A stretch of 64,000 nt of DNA from positions 59,214,703 through 59,278,702 of the forward strand of contig NC_068989.1 in assembly GCF_001194135.2 (NCBI RefSeq), in the 5' to 3' direction. A program made the position numbers and the translations under genes. Each line of letters opens with the position of its first letter. The stretch's first letter is position 1. Origin of the DNA: Octopus bimaculoides. Its lineage: Eukaryota. Of the stretch, positions 11,701 to 23,506 are shown piece after piece. The notes beneath the pieces are model-generated. The model saw only the letters and a program-made list of their open reading frames with translations. It did not search any database and had not been told where the DNA came from.

Positions 11701-14700
11701 AAATTAGATGATTTCATCATTTTAAAGATAATATCATAAATTTGATGTTAGGCGAGATATTTATAACTAAAATAATTCCAAGAACTATATTGTTAGCATA
11801 GTTTGTATCGTATGAGAATGCGATTGTCTTTGGAAGAAATATTCCATCGTCCACCCTCGTTTTATCTTTAGTCTGGATACCACGGTTATTTTTCTGTGAA
11901 GTGATTCTCTTGCAACTCATGAGCCAGTGAGCAATGTTCTACGAGACTGATTGATCTCATTAAAACTAATTCAGAGTTGTTTACAGTTTAAATACATTCT
12001 ATTATATAGTTTTAACATTAAATACATTCTATTATATAGTTTTAGCATTAAATACATTCTATTATATAGTTTTAGCATCAAATATATTCTATAATATAGT
12101 TGTAGCATTATATAGTTTTAGAATTAAATACATCGAAAGCCTATAGTGAGACTGTGGCACACCATAATTCTTTATATCCCAGAGACATTTTCCGATTAGT
12201 ATTATATGAAGAATATTGATCTTCAGTTTCAATTTTATATTGTTGATATAGTTGTTAATACAATCCTTTCGGTTGAAAATAAAGAAGCTGACAAACTCAG
12301 TATGTCGACAACACTTTATATGGAATTCAGAATACATTGCTATTGTCCAAAGTGCCCTTTAGAACAGGTTATGCAGTACTTGAGTGTTTTTAGTCACCTA
12401 ATTATGACAATATTCTAAGCACGACTATCAGAACTACCTTTTCTCTCAATTAATTTTGCCGAGGTATTAAAGTAAATACTTATTGAACGTTTCCAGCTGA
12501 TGGCTATAAAATTTATAGGCTGATAGGATTTCAAGCAAATGGACTTTTGCCTCGAAGGTGATAAAATGGCGGCATTCCATACTCACTTTAAATTATGAAG
12601 TGGGAGATTACGTGATCTAGTTGATTATTATCATCTAAAGTGATTTTTCGATAGACAAATAAGTGTAACTATATCCTGAAGCTGTTTATCGAATATTTGA
12701 ATTCAGATTTCAATGTTCAATTAGATTTCACAAAATGTTCATTAGATTTCACACAATATTTGACCGTATTTGTCAAGTTAGTTGTGTGAAATAATTTAAT
12801 AACTTTAACATTATGGTCCTAATTATAGAAATTACTGCCACAAGTTTTAATCTTGCTTCTAGTATTCATCTTTAAAACATTCTCTCTCTTATATAGATGG
12901 GACTCACTACGACGGGTATGCTAATTCCATCAATGATGTCAATGCCGACAGTTATTGGAATCAACTTATTACAATGTGTATCAGTTGAGGAAGATTATTG
13001 CAACGACTATAATATTTGGATTATTGTATCATCCATTCTTGCGGCATTAGTTTGGCTTTTGCCATTATTAATCTACGGAGCAGCGTTTACGCGACCAAGC
13101 GACATCTTGCTGAAACCATTCCAAGAATCCTTTCTACAATTTAGTTGGATTCCCCTTTTCCTTGACCAGTATTTACTACTTAATTATTACCCTGATGGTT
13201 TTGGCGACTCTCAGCAGTCTGAGATCTATGGTGACCTCAATACAGCGAAGTGCAAAAGTAAAGTATTTATCTGTACCACTATGTATAATGAGAAAGAAAG
13301 TGAAATGAAAAGACTTTTACAAAGTTTGAATAACGTAGCAAAATCACCAAATCTACAATATGTTTACAAGGAAGCTCACATTTTTATGGATAACGGTTCA
13401 AAAGATAATCGCCTTACCAAGAACTCGATGATACTTATTTCGTTGATTAAATCCCTTGATAATATAAGATTGAACTCTTTAAAAACGTATCTCACTCCGT
13501 ATGGTATTCAAATGAACTGGACTTTAAGAAATGATTTCCAATGTTATGTACATTTCAAGGATTGTCAGAAGTTTAAGGCAAAGAAACGCTGGAGTCAAGT
13601 GATGTATATGAATTATATTTTGAACTATAGATGTAAAATTTTACATTTCACGCAAGATGCTAGGCAAACATTTCATACGATGGAAAGTGTGCCAGAATAT
13701 TTGTTAGGTGATATAAAATGCACAGCTGATCGACTGCATAGCGACTCGTTGAAGCAAGATGAGACAAACAGAAAAATATCAGAAAATGAAAATTATACTG
13801 GGAAATCAATAAGAAGTAAAAAGAGACAGTCAAATCACTCCTCTGTTTTAAAGATGGAACTCGGAAAGTTACAATGTCTGTTAAAATCGAACTATAATGT
13901 TCACTATGAGAACATAGATGCCTCTTCCTGCAAGCATAAGATGCATTCGGAATATTCAAAAGCACCAATCATTCAGACCATATCGAATGTTTTACAATTA
14001 TTAAATAAAAGGCAATATTCCAGATACATGACGGTAAATTCTGAGTTACCCTTTCAGATTACAAATGAAGAATCTTCAAGTGAAGAATCAGGGATTCAGT
14101 CAATAGCCAATACAATATCGGTAGACAGTTTGGAATTCTCTCCGGGAATTACATCCGAAGATGATATAATAGATGCTTCCGGAAATGAAGATGAAAGCAC
14201 AGATGTGTCCTCATCGAACGATGATCACACTATCATAAATAAGGAACCGGTAAATAGTTGTATAGAAAAGAATAATTCTAATTCTTTAACACTTCAGGTA
14301 AAGAACACTAGACAAATCATATCCCAGACTGACAGAACATCATCTGTTAGCAAAAAAGTTTCCTTTCCAATAATGTCCCCATTAGTGACATGTCTTGATA
14401 AATCTGCGCCTGTTCCATCTACCAACTGTCTCAGTCCAATTTGTAACTATAGTTTTGACTTAACGCCAAAAGTTTTCATGATTGAAAAACCATTTTGGAA
14501 TAGAAAGATGCAATATGATATGAAACCTAGCAGTAAAAGCACCAAACCAACAGAAAACAAAAGAAATTCTCTGAATTCTTCGACAGAGCCAAAACCTTCT
14601 CCAAGAATACTTCCCATTTCTTATAAAGCTACTTCAGAAATCTCACAGAACAAATCATCGTTGAAATCCAGTTATTTTGATGACTATACTTACATACTTG

Positions 14701-17700
14701 CTACGGACGCCGATATGGAATTTGACGACAAGAGTCTTGTTCGACTCATTGACCTTTGCAATCGTGATAAAAACATAGGAGGCGCTTGTGGTAGAACCTC
14801 GCCAAAAGGACACTGCAATACTCCGGTAGTCTGGTACCAAAAATTTGAATATGCTAAAGGTATATCAATGATTAAACTCACTTCTCTTTCCAGCGTTCAC
14901 ATACAATCAAATAGGAACACATACACACGTACACACTCATCAGACATAAATATATCTGATGAGATGGATGTTTCCCACGCGTCCATGAAACTTTAGGTCA
15001 TGTGGAGCTATGGCAAGCTGTTATTCTACATAACACACACGGAATCACACACACACATACACACACGCACAAGCACGCATGCACACACGCACTCACACAC
15101 ACAGCTGAACCAAGAGATTCAGTTCATTAATTCTCTTGTTAATTCATGAATTAATTTTCATCATCTACTATAAACACATAAATGCCTTCTCTTTATGCGG
15201 TGGAATTGGACCAAAGACTAAAGTATTTTATTAAGTAGCATAACATTATGAGTAACAATGTTATGAGTTTCATTAGTGTAAAACTTACATTTTACTATAT
15301 TAGCCTTGCATAATCTGAATGATAGATCCATTTTTGTCAGAAAGGTCACTTACAATTAAATTTAACGATACATAATTCTAATTTTTGCAATGGATGCAGC
15401 TATAAGTAATTAGCAAAATATTTAACAGTGAAAGTCGCAGTCGGTTCACATAATTCAAAACAATATGGTCCAGTCAAAGCAATCGATTCAACTGAGTACA
15501 AGAAACTAAACCAGAATCGGCCGTTAGGTATCCCATTACTGGTACCGCCAAACTGTCAATATTGCAGTCTACATAAGGCAGTGAGGTGGTAGAATCGTTA
15601 GCACGCCGTGCAAAATGCTTGGCATCATTTCATACGTTTTTACGTTCTGAGTTCAAATTCCGCCGAGGTCGGTTTTGCCTTTCATCCTTTCGGGGTCGAT
15701 AAAATAAGTACCAGTTGAGCACTGGAGTCAATGCAGTCGAATTACTCTCTATCCCAGCGTTGCTGGCCTTGTGTCAAAATTTGAAATGAATATTAGTCCC
15801 TACCAAACTGTAAGTAGGTTCTATTCCTTCTGCGAGGAAAGCTACTTGAAATACTCGTGGCACTCCGTCGGTTGCGACGACGAGGATTCCAGTTGGTCCG
15901 ATCAACGGAACAGCCTGTTCATGAAATCAACGTGCAAGTGGCTGAGCACTCCACAGACACGTGTACACTTAATGTAGTTCTCAGGGAGATTCAGCGTGAC
16001 ATAGAGAGTGACGAAGCTGGCCCTTTGAAATACAGGTACAACAGAAACAAGAAGAAAGAGTGAGAGAAAGTTGTGGTGAAAGAGTACAGCAGGGTTCGCC
16101 ACAACTCCCTTCCGGAGCCTCGTGGAGCTTTAGGTGTTTTTATCACAATAAACACTCACAACGCCCGGTCTGGTAATCAAAACAGCAATCCTACGACCGC
16201 CAGTCCGCTGCCCTAACCGATGGGCCATTGCGCCTCCACGCTACTTGAAATAGATGGGAGCTCTATCGAGAGAGAAGATTAGTTTTTATTTGTTGAACGG
16301 CTCCGAATTTCAAACATTAATATTCCTTCTCTATGGACCTGCAAACGCACTTACATCATTACCATTCCACATCATTATCATATAGCCAAACACTATACTG
16401 TTTATAATCTCCCTGATTTACAATTAAGACAACATATATAACATAAAATAATAACAAACGATAAGATTACCTTTTTGACTGATTAACATATAATTTTCGG
16501 TTTTTAGATTTCTGGATGATCAAGAGCTCGCAAAATGTCATAGGCTGCGTCATGTGTTGTCCAGGCTGTTTCAGTTTGTATCGTGCCACAGCAATACAAG
16601 ATGTCATGCATATGTATTGTGAACCAATTCAGTCGGAGTTTGACGTATTTGTCAAAGACCATGGTAAAATTCAGATACTTTAAGCAATTAGAATTCATTT
16701 GTTTTGTTTTCTGTTTTGATATATAATATTCATCAAATACGAATTACGTTATATATAGTCGTTATATTGCTACTATAAAATTATAGTAGAGGATTAGATC
16801 AGAATCATAATGTGATATAGTTGTGCATAGAATATGTGTGCGTGTGAAGGAAAGTCGATTTAATATACAACTTTAATAATACTCAACTGTGAAAACAATT
16901 CATCATTGAATGGAAACTTATGAATTAGTAATAAACTGTCATGCAGGGAAATGAAATGGAGGTTGTAAATTACAATACGGGCTCTCGCTTTGTAAGTTAC
17001 ACGAATTTTATTCCAGATTGTATTGCACTCATTTGTTTTGTTGATTAGTTTCTATCTACTTTCACTGAGCAGACTTATCAAAATCGTTCCGGCCATGCCA
17101 TCCAGTTATTTTCTAGCACATTATATATTTAAGGATTCATTATCTAATGGTGAACTTTTCCAACGGTATGGTATGATTTAAGAAAGATTTAACTTATATA
17201 TCAAGCTACCATACTCAGATATGCACAGTTACTAATATGTCAATGACATGAACTCCATAACTGCCAATACTCACTCGGAATAGCATATTGAGTCTCAGTA
17301 ACAGAAACCATTAGGCTATAATCACAAAATATAGCACAAAACATATTCAATTCTATGTGTATTATTTATATTCTCAGGAATTATTCTATTAGTATTAATA
17401 AGAATAATTGTTTTCTAGATAATTGATTTATTTTCTATATTTGATCTTTTGGCAGAGGCTTGCCGAATGTTAGGTATGCATTATCTACTATAGAAATTTC
17501 ATTTTACGTCATTTATTTCTACACTTAAGAATTCAGTTTTGATAACCTATTGAAACTACTACAATTACTTTGCATAACTCTTTACAACTATCAACATAAC
17601 TGATTTTTTTCCACTTTGGAAATTTTAAAGCAGCATTGTAAATTTTCAATATTTATTAGGGAAGATTGTAGCTAAATGTAGTTAAAATATGTGAAGTTCT

Positions 17701-20700
17701 ATAAACAAATTATCTGTTAAATATATTCCTTGTTTGCAGGTGAAGATCGCTGGTTATGTACCTTAATGATGTTAAAAGGCTGGAAGCTAGAATATTCGTC
17801 ATATTCACACAACTCAACATTCTGTCCTGATAATTTTCTTGAATTTCTTAAACAGAGAAAGCGCTGGGTTCTCTCAGAAATGTCAAATTTAATTCTCGTT
17901 TTTGGCAACATAAGACGACTCACGCAAAACAATTCAACCTTCTCTTTAATTTATATTATTTATATACTGCAAATGTTTCTGTTAGTGATGTTATCACCAG
18001 GAACAACTGTTGTTGTTCTCACAATCTCTTTAGATATCCTCTTCGGTTTATCATGTCTATACACTACACCATTTTGCATTGGAAGTTTAATACTTTATTC
18101 TGTAATATGTTCCACAAAATCAATACAAGCCCAGTCAGCAGTGACTTCAGCAATTACCATTTTTCTTGGAGGCATTGTGCTTTCTGTTAGCGTTGGTTAC
18201 ATGAAATTCTTTGTGGTAGATACAATTGATGGTAAGTTTGCATGCATGCTTTCTAATTTTGCTTATTTTCCTAGTAATGCAATCAAACCAGAAATAAGCT
18301 TCTGGCGAACCGAGTCTTGGATGTAGTTGTGATTACCAATTTTATTTTACTTTGTTTATGTCCTTAATACTTTTATAAAATGAATAAGTATCATAAAACA
18401 TCCCTTAAATCTGGAGAATCGAATTTAGTCGAACACTTGAAATGATGCGTTGTATGACTACCTAATCAGAGAAACACCCTGTTTTTCAATCATTAATAAA
18501 TCGAGTAATAAACAATTTAACAAGAGTATATGTCACGTGATAAAATTTTCATGCTCTGATTTTATTGGCCAGATCTTCAGGACGGACAGCTTCAGTTCAA
18601 GCAATACTATTTAATTTTACTACTGATGACTGCTGTTTTATACGCTGCTTTAATACACCCCAAAGAAGCCTGGACTCTAATTCATGGTCTCACCTTTTTG
18701 GTTGTTTTCCCGGCAATGTACATTTTACTGCCATTTTATGCCGTTTCTAATATTGTGGATCAACGATGGGGAACACGTGAAAGTGTAAGTGATATTTCAT
18801 ATCTTTATCTTAGCTATCGTTACTGAGTTGTTTCAGTTGATATACTGCATTTTATGTCCGTTTCCATAATTCTAAGCGGACGAGACTACCAAATGTTTTA
18901 CTCACGAGATCTTTACAACATAATGAAGTATTTTACAAGTATACAGTGACTCCACTATTTCACAACAGGGATCTGTAATATCAACGAAAGGTGTTTTCTG
19001 ATTACTGGATTGAGAGTTAAGTGCCATATGTTATGTACAACGTTTGTGATGAGCTATGAACGAAAAGCATTTGGATTTAATGCAAGGTTTTGGGCAAATC
19101 AAACGTTGGGAAAAAATTTTTTTTTTTTAAGATACAGCTTTTCGGGTTTTATTCGTAATTAAAAGGAAATCATCAAATACTACTTTCAAGCGTGTTATTT
19201 ATTTAAGCAAATAGTTTACTATAGCTAACTAATGTTCTTTTGTATTTAGTTCATTTTAGCAAAGATATGTTTTTCTTGATGCTTGTAGTGGGACATTTTC
19301 TAAGATGGTCCTAGAAGTCTCTTAGCGAATAAGTGTCAAGTTACCAATTTGGAATGTACTTTGAAGTTATTTAGCACATAGAGAAGGTACTTATGGAAGC
19401 GAACGATCTTGTTTGACGGTAGCAAGTATGTCACATGTATAGTAATCTGCGTATTTTATAGTTGATGTAGCAAAAAAGGTTGGTAGTGATCTCACTAAAG
19501 TGGCTTGTTACTGGACTTAGGAACAGTTTATGGATGCTCTGTTGCATACGAAAGGAACAAGACTGAGATACAGAGCGGTAACTTTTGAAAGTGAAAGTAA
19601 AAGATTTACTCGGATAGAATTTTTGACAAATAGATCATGTCAAGTTTTTTTATTAAAAGATAGCAGGACTGAGAAAGATCGTAGCAATTTTAGAATCATT
19701 GTAAAGCAAATGAAAGTTGTAGAAAGTGCAGAGTTACCGGATAAAATGTAGTAGAATAAAAAAAAAGCTCTATGGTTGTCTTGGATTAGAATTGCCTAGG
19801 CTTGATGGAACACTGCAACAAACGATGATTCAAATGTGAGGAGAAATTGGTGGATTTCCTGGTATTTCAAAACGAAATTCGAGTTGCTGCTGCATAGACA
19901 GCAGAGTCGAAGAAACTGCTATATTAGCAGTGTTAGGCTTAATAAGGAGAGAAGAAGAAAATTGTGGTACGTTGAGAATCAGCGTAATTATAATGCATTG
20001 ACGTAAAGATGTGGGGTTTATCAATGTGGGTCCGGTGAATTGGTTAAATATATGAAAATAGCCCACAAAGAGTTCGTTGTAATTGATCCCATCTTGATAA
20101 CCATACTGGTGGTTTGTTGATTGAACTCAGCGGAGAAGAGACTGAGGATAAAACAAGTTCAGTTCAGTGAAGAAGCGTGGATGTATTAGATTCAGGTAGA
20201 GGACGGAAGATTGGAAAATGATTAAAGGCTGATAGATCGTTACTATGGGAGATGACGGTGTACAGTGCTGAGAGATTTCATATCCATTATCAAGAAGAGA
20301 TACGAGGATCCAGGAGGGAAAGCAAACCAGATGAAAGGATATGTGAGAGGACAGGGAAGCGGTAAGAGATGATATGAAACTATTGAGCTAGCTGCAGATA
20401 AGGGCAGTGGAGAGGTTTGGGAGAATATTCCTGTTTAAAAAACTTGTAAGAGAATACAAGGGGAGATTCAAAGTCTGTTTATATGATATGGTTAGTGTCC
20501 GTAAAAAATAGTGTGGAAGACCGAATAACTTAATGGGCCTTGAGTATCTTGAGGTAGAAGTAGGTGTTGCTGCGTTACCGGACAACTTCTCAGTGAAAGT
20601 CAGCCCACCACACAATAACTGCAAATTCTTTGCTCACCGGTTCTATAATCTCGACAAAGGATGTGCAGATGTTTTTGAAATTAAGGCGTCTGATATTCTT

Positions 20701-21058
20701 TTTATAATTAAATTATATTCGGATCCTCCAATATAAAATCTATTTCCTCTACGCTCTGAATCTAGGATCTATAGTGAGTGGTCGTATCTTGACGAATATT
20801 TCTCCTTAATAAACTATGTAAAGTGTATTTGGAAAGACTAATTAATCCTCCCCTTTCTCTCTCTCTCTCACTCACTCTCTTTATTTCCTTCTCTCTCTCT
20901 CTCTCTCTTTATATATATATATATNNNNNNNNNNNNNNNNNNNNNNNNNNNNNNNNNNNNNNNNNNNNNNNNNNNNNNNNNNNNNNNNNNNNNNNNNNNN
21001 NNNNNNNNNNNNNNNNNNNNNNNNNNNNNNNNNNNNNNNNNNNNNATATATATACATA

Positions 21059-21132
<74 letters not shown>

Positions 21133-21810
21133 GTGCCATAAACTGCTATTTATTTGTTTTCTATAGGATAGTGATAGCACAAGCTGTTACCGACATATGT
21201 CTGACAGATTGTTCGCAAAAGAGAAAAATATCAACAAGAGACAAGGTGAGATAAATGATAAATTTGTTATTATTAATAAAAAAAATTACATATTTTCATA
21301 CCAAAAATCAATTTATTGAGTCTTATGCATTATTCAGTAATAAATAGTAGTTGGTAAGAAATCTCCTTTCTTCTATTTATAATAGAAATACCTGAATCGC
21401 AGCAATTCAATGGTGAACGTGACCTTGAAACATGCGACCCAGCCAAAACTATTTTGCTGCAGAAAGAACAAACATTTTGGGAAGACCTTCGTGTCTCTAT
21501 TCTAGGGACTGATGTCAATTTAGGCACTGATCAAGTAACTCTAAAACTTCGGCTTAAAATATTGCGCAATCGGTTGGTGGGAATTTTGCTGCTCTGTAAC
21601 ATAATTTGGGCTTGTTTGCTCAGTAGTCTTTATTTGACCATCTCGAAACACGACACTATCTTTGGAATCATAACTTGTTCAGTCTATAGTTTTTCACTGC
21701 TTATACAATTAATTGGATTGACTGCCCACAAATGTGATTCTTTCTTCAGAGAGTTTGTCATTCGAACATTTGGAAAAAAACACCCTATCTGGATTCATCG
21801 AAAAGATTAA
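2939..21810 (+). CDS. CHS: Chitin synthase-like gene (GT2 family), spliced CDS: join(2939..3054,6731..6857,9574..9729,11185..11691,12897..14859,16508..16663,17740..18231,18573..18784,21167..21245,21386..21810); 4233 nt = 1410 aa + stop; 5' end not securely defined
   Basis: All introns are GT-AG with compatible phases and the summed length is divisible by 3. Chitin synthase motifs occur in order: CTTMYNE, IFMDNG, KKRWSQVMY, ATDADM, GACGR, QKFEYA, CCPGCFSLYR, GEDRW, QRKRW, WGTRE. The N-terminal and post-catalytic regions are multi-TM. Family symbol only; orthology not tested. Confidence 0.93.
3575..5605 (-). mobile_element. 5'-truncated, frameshifted R4/Dong-like non-LTR retrotransposon (RT + CCHC + RLE) in a CHS intron
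   Basis: WIDYKKAYDMVP, KRGIFQG, LLYMDDLK, CRMC...ETISHIVSEC, IIDISIPGD...KIEKY, VIPVVVGTLG spread over several frames; short (AAT)n tail near 3576. Confidence 0.9.
6731..6857 (+). CDS. CHS: CHS exon (YICVCIVLEIPHLFNIAHCVWGTSFICVKKWTKWPTVSHLCT)
   Basis: ttctttctgttacag acceptor and GTATTT donor; phase 2 in, phase 0 out; WPT-type segment of the chitin synthase N-terminal TM region. Confidence 0.8.
8050..9250 (-). mobile_element. Decayed CR1/L2/Jockey-type LINE RT 3' fragment in a CHS intron
   Basis: SGVPHGSVLS (GVPQGSVL-like), TLWNLLP...FK 3' motif; multiple frameshifts. Confidence 0.75.
9574..9729 (+). CDS. CHS: CHS exon (GILASLLEVACLSVLFIEFAPLFPAHILLLLSGSVYSVPAINEYIKQRGITN)
   Basis: ttgtag acceptor and GTAAGT donor; 52 open codons, phase 0/0; hydrophobic; absent from the ORF track. 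Confidence 0.85.
9900..10380 (+). mobile_element. Possible highly decayed LINE fragment
   Basis: A/C-rich coding-like composition with weak IITG...TKLL-like remnants; no intact motif. Confidence 0.3.
11185..11691 (+). CDS. CHS: CHS exon (KTKLFEDEC...VLTGLLCAK), multi-TM
   Basis: tttttctttttcag acceptor and GTAACA donor; phase 0/0; overlaps ORF 11194..11739. Confidence 0.9.
11989..12131. repeat. 30-bp minisatellite, about 4.5 units (taaatacattctattatatagttttagcat)
   Basis: Units read directly; they decay toward the 3' end. Confidence 0.85.
12897..14859 (+). CDS. CHS: CHS large exon: first half of catalytic domain plus ~350-aa insertion
   Basis: ctctcttatatag acceptor; GTATAT donor right after QKFEYAK; contains TMYNE, KKRWSQ, DAD, GACGR. 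Confidence 0.95.
15575..15786 (+). mobile_element. SINE family A copy
   Basis: Same diagnostic core as 1191-1388. Confidence 0.88.
15854..16239 (-). mobile_element. Full-length tRNA-derived SINE (family B) with 13-bp target-site duplication
   Basis: Head gtggaggcgcaatggcccatcggttagggcagcggac; GCTACTTGAAATA at 15841-15853 and 16240-16252; homologous to 34596-34950. Confidence 0.9.
16508..16663 (+). CDS. CHS: CHS exon (DFWMIKSSQNVIGCVMCCPGCFSLYRATAIQDVMHMYCEPIQSEFDVFVKDH-G)
   Basis: tttttag acceptor and GTAAAA donor; phase 1/1; CCPGCFSLYR motif; the ORF track shows only its antisense ORF. Confidence 0.95.
17740..18231 (+). CDS. CHS: CHS exon (GEDRW...QRKRW...VVDTID)
   Basis: ttgtttgcag acceptor and GTAAGT donor; phase 1/1; catalytic EDR and QxxRW motifs followed by TM helices. 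Confidence 0.96.
18573..18784 (+). CDS. CHS: CHS exon (DLQDGQLQFKQYYL...HPKE...WGTRES)
   Basis: ttggccag acceptor and GTAAGT donor; phase 1/0; HPKE and WGTRE motifs. Confidence 0.94.
19840..20570 (-). mobile_element. Highly decayed LINE RT fragment
   Basis: RYSRPIKL (YRPISL-like) in ORF 20388..20624 plus weak downstream RT-like remnants. Confidence 0.45.
21167..21245 (+). CDS. CHS: CHS small exon (DSDSTSCYRHMSDRLFAKEKNINKRQ-E)
   Basis: ttgttttctatag acceptor and GTGAGA donor; supplies exactly the phase 0 to phase 1 bridge needed between 18784 and 21386. Confidence 0.8.
21386..21810 (+). CDS. CHS: CHS terminal exon (EIPESQQ...EQTFWEDLR...HPIWIHRKD*)
   Basis: ctatttataatag acceptor; E..FW motif and two C-terminal TM segments typical of animal chitin synthases; TAA at 21808-21810. 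Confidence 0.88.
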
Positions 21811-21814
21811 ATTT

Positions 21815-21917
21815 AATAAATACAGTCAAAATTAATTCATGACATAAATGTTTTAATTAAAAAATTATTTGTAAATCTCTTGCTTTATCTTTAAATAACA
21901 AACATTTTCTTAATAAA
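21815..21917 (+). promoter_or_regulatory. Candidate polyadenylation signals of CHS (AATAAA at 21815 and 21912)
   Basis: Hexamers lie just downstream of the stop; common by chance in AT-rich DNA. Confidence 0.3.
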
Positions 21918-22505
21918 CTTTCTTCAGTGAAAGCATGTAATACTCGTACACTCTACACCCATTAGTTACTATCCGAGCGTATGGTTGTGACATTTCATCA
22001 AGAGTTTCCAAGTTTATGAGAAAAAATGTTTTGCTTCATTTTATCATGTTGTATTCAGACTTACAAGAATTCATCATCCATGAAATCTTAATACAGTTTT
22101 AATCCTAATGAGAACAGTACTTAGATAATGTTTCCAGTGCTCCGTTTTCAAAAGTCATATCAGTTCCGAATTGTGTTCTAAAATGTGTTTCCATTCATAA
22201 GACAACTATTAACATTATTGATATAATTGTAAAGAAATTCTGAACAAAAAAATTACAACGTAAAAACAATCATTTCACTTCTGACAGAAGCCGCCCGTAG
22301 GTACTGTAGAATACGCTCACCTTATTGTTACGTGTAACAGCCATTACATTAGTATTTTACATAAAGAAAGGATTTTTTTAAATGATAATCAAACACTTGC
22401 TATGTAATCCTAAGTTTCTACATGTGCAGTTTAAGACTATCCATTTAATTTTCACCGATAATCATTACTACTCATCACCAAACCGATTTTATTATTAACA
22501 TGGCT

Positions 22506-22772
22506 AAGGCAGCGAGCTGGCAGAATCACTAGCATACTGGACAAAATGCTTTACGTTCCGAGTTCAAATACCAATGAAGTCGACTTTGCCTTTCATCCTT
22601 CCGGGGCATTGGGGTCGAAGTAATCTATTAGCCCCCACCACTAAAATTTCAGCTCTTGTGCCTATGTCAGAAAAAAATTATTAAAGACGGCAAGCTGGTA
22701 GAATCGTTAACTTAACGACATTTCTTGTTTAGGTTCTGAGTTTAAATACCGCTGATGTCAAATTTCCCTTTA
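22506..22772 (+). mobile_element. Two adjacent SINE family A copies (second cut by an N gap)
   Basis: ggcagcgagctggcagaatc at 22506 and ggcaagctggtagaatcg near 22690. Confidence 0.8.
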
Positions 22773-22969
22773 TNNNNNNNNNNNNNNNNNNNNNNNNNNN
22801 NNNNNNNNNNNNNNNNNNNNNNNNNNNNNNNNNNNNNNNNNNNNNNNNNNNNNNNNNNNNNNNNNNNNNNNNNNNNNNNNNNNNNNNNNNNNNNNNNNNN
22901 NNNNNNNNNNNNNNNNNNNNNNNNNNNNNNNNNNNNNNNNNNNNNNNNNNNNNNNNNNNNNNATATAAA

Positions 22970-23231
22970 ATAGTGTACATTTAAACACAAGAGAAAACTG
23001 CCTTTAACAGGCAGTTTTTATACGCTAGAAGTCAAAACCACATTTAAGAGCAATCTTCAAAAGGAATGAAAAATAAAAACCTTTTTATTTTATTCCGGTC
23101 AGACCTAGGTTTCAAAGTTTTCTTAGCAAATAAAATAATTTGCTAGGCGGAATTTCTCATCAGTGACCGCGCCATAGCACTAACATATAATTAAGAGACG
23201 AATAACACGTGTCTCATCGTTATACACTATA
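22970..23231. mobile_element. Second, more decayed copy of the 52.1-kb MITE-like family
   Basis: Shares tgtacatttaaacac, ggaatgaaaaataaaaac, aggtttcaa, aaataattt.ctagg, tcatcag; tagtgta/tacacta ends. Confidence 0.6.
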
Positions 23232-23254
23232 ATTTTTCAAATTCACCGCGCATC

Positions 23255-23506
23255 GTTGTGTCTGGGGAGAGTCATTCTCTGTTAGTGCCTTATTATTTAA
23301 CACACTAACCGGTAAAGTTTCCACTCATTTACCTATTTATTTTTCCTGAAAATTTCGTTGCCTCTTGCAAGCTTTTCAATAGTCAACAACTATTCAATAG
23401 TCAACGACTTTTCAATAGTCAACGACTAGTAGAAGAGTAGAAACTTTACCAGTGAGTGTGTTGAATAATAAGACATGAAAAGAGAATGACTCTCCCCAGA
23501 TACAAC
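23255..23506. repeat. Unclassified interspersed repeat, two copies head-to-head with a 19-bp x3 array between them; third copy at 57431-57555
   Basis: gtctggggagagtcattctc...aacacact.acc.gtaaa occurs three times in the window. Confidence 0.8.

Noticed and set aside
11989-12131. CRISPR-like array
   Set aside because: The units are contiguous with no unique spacers, there are no cas genes, and the context is eukaryotic.
13633-14671. CHS insertion as a simple retained intron
   Set aside because: The obvious donor (13633) with acceptors at 14671 or 14637 gives a frameshift or an immediate TAA. Other site pairs were not exhaustively tested.
14860-14996. C-terminal tail of the 699-aa ORF as a real protein end
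   Set aside because: It is read-through past the donor at 14860; the conserved sequence continues in exon 16508.
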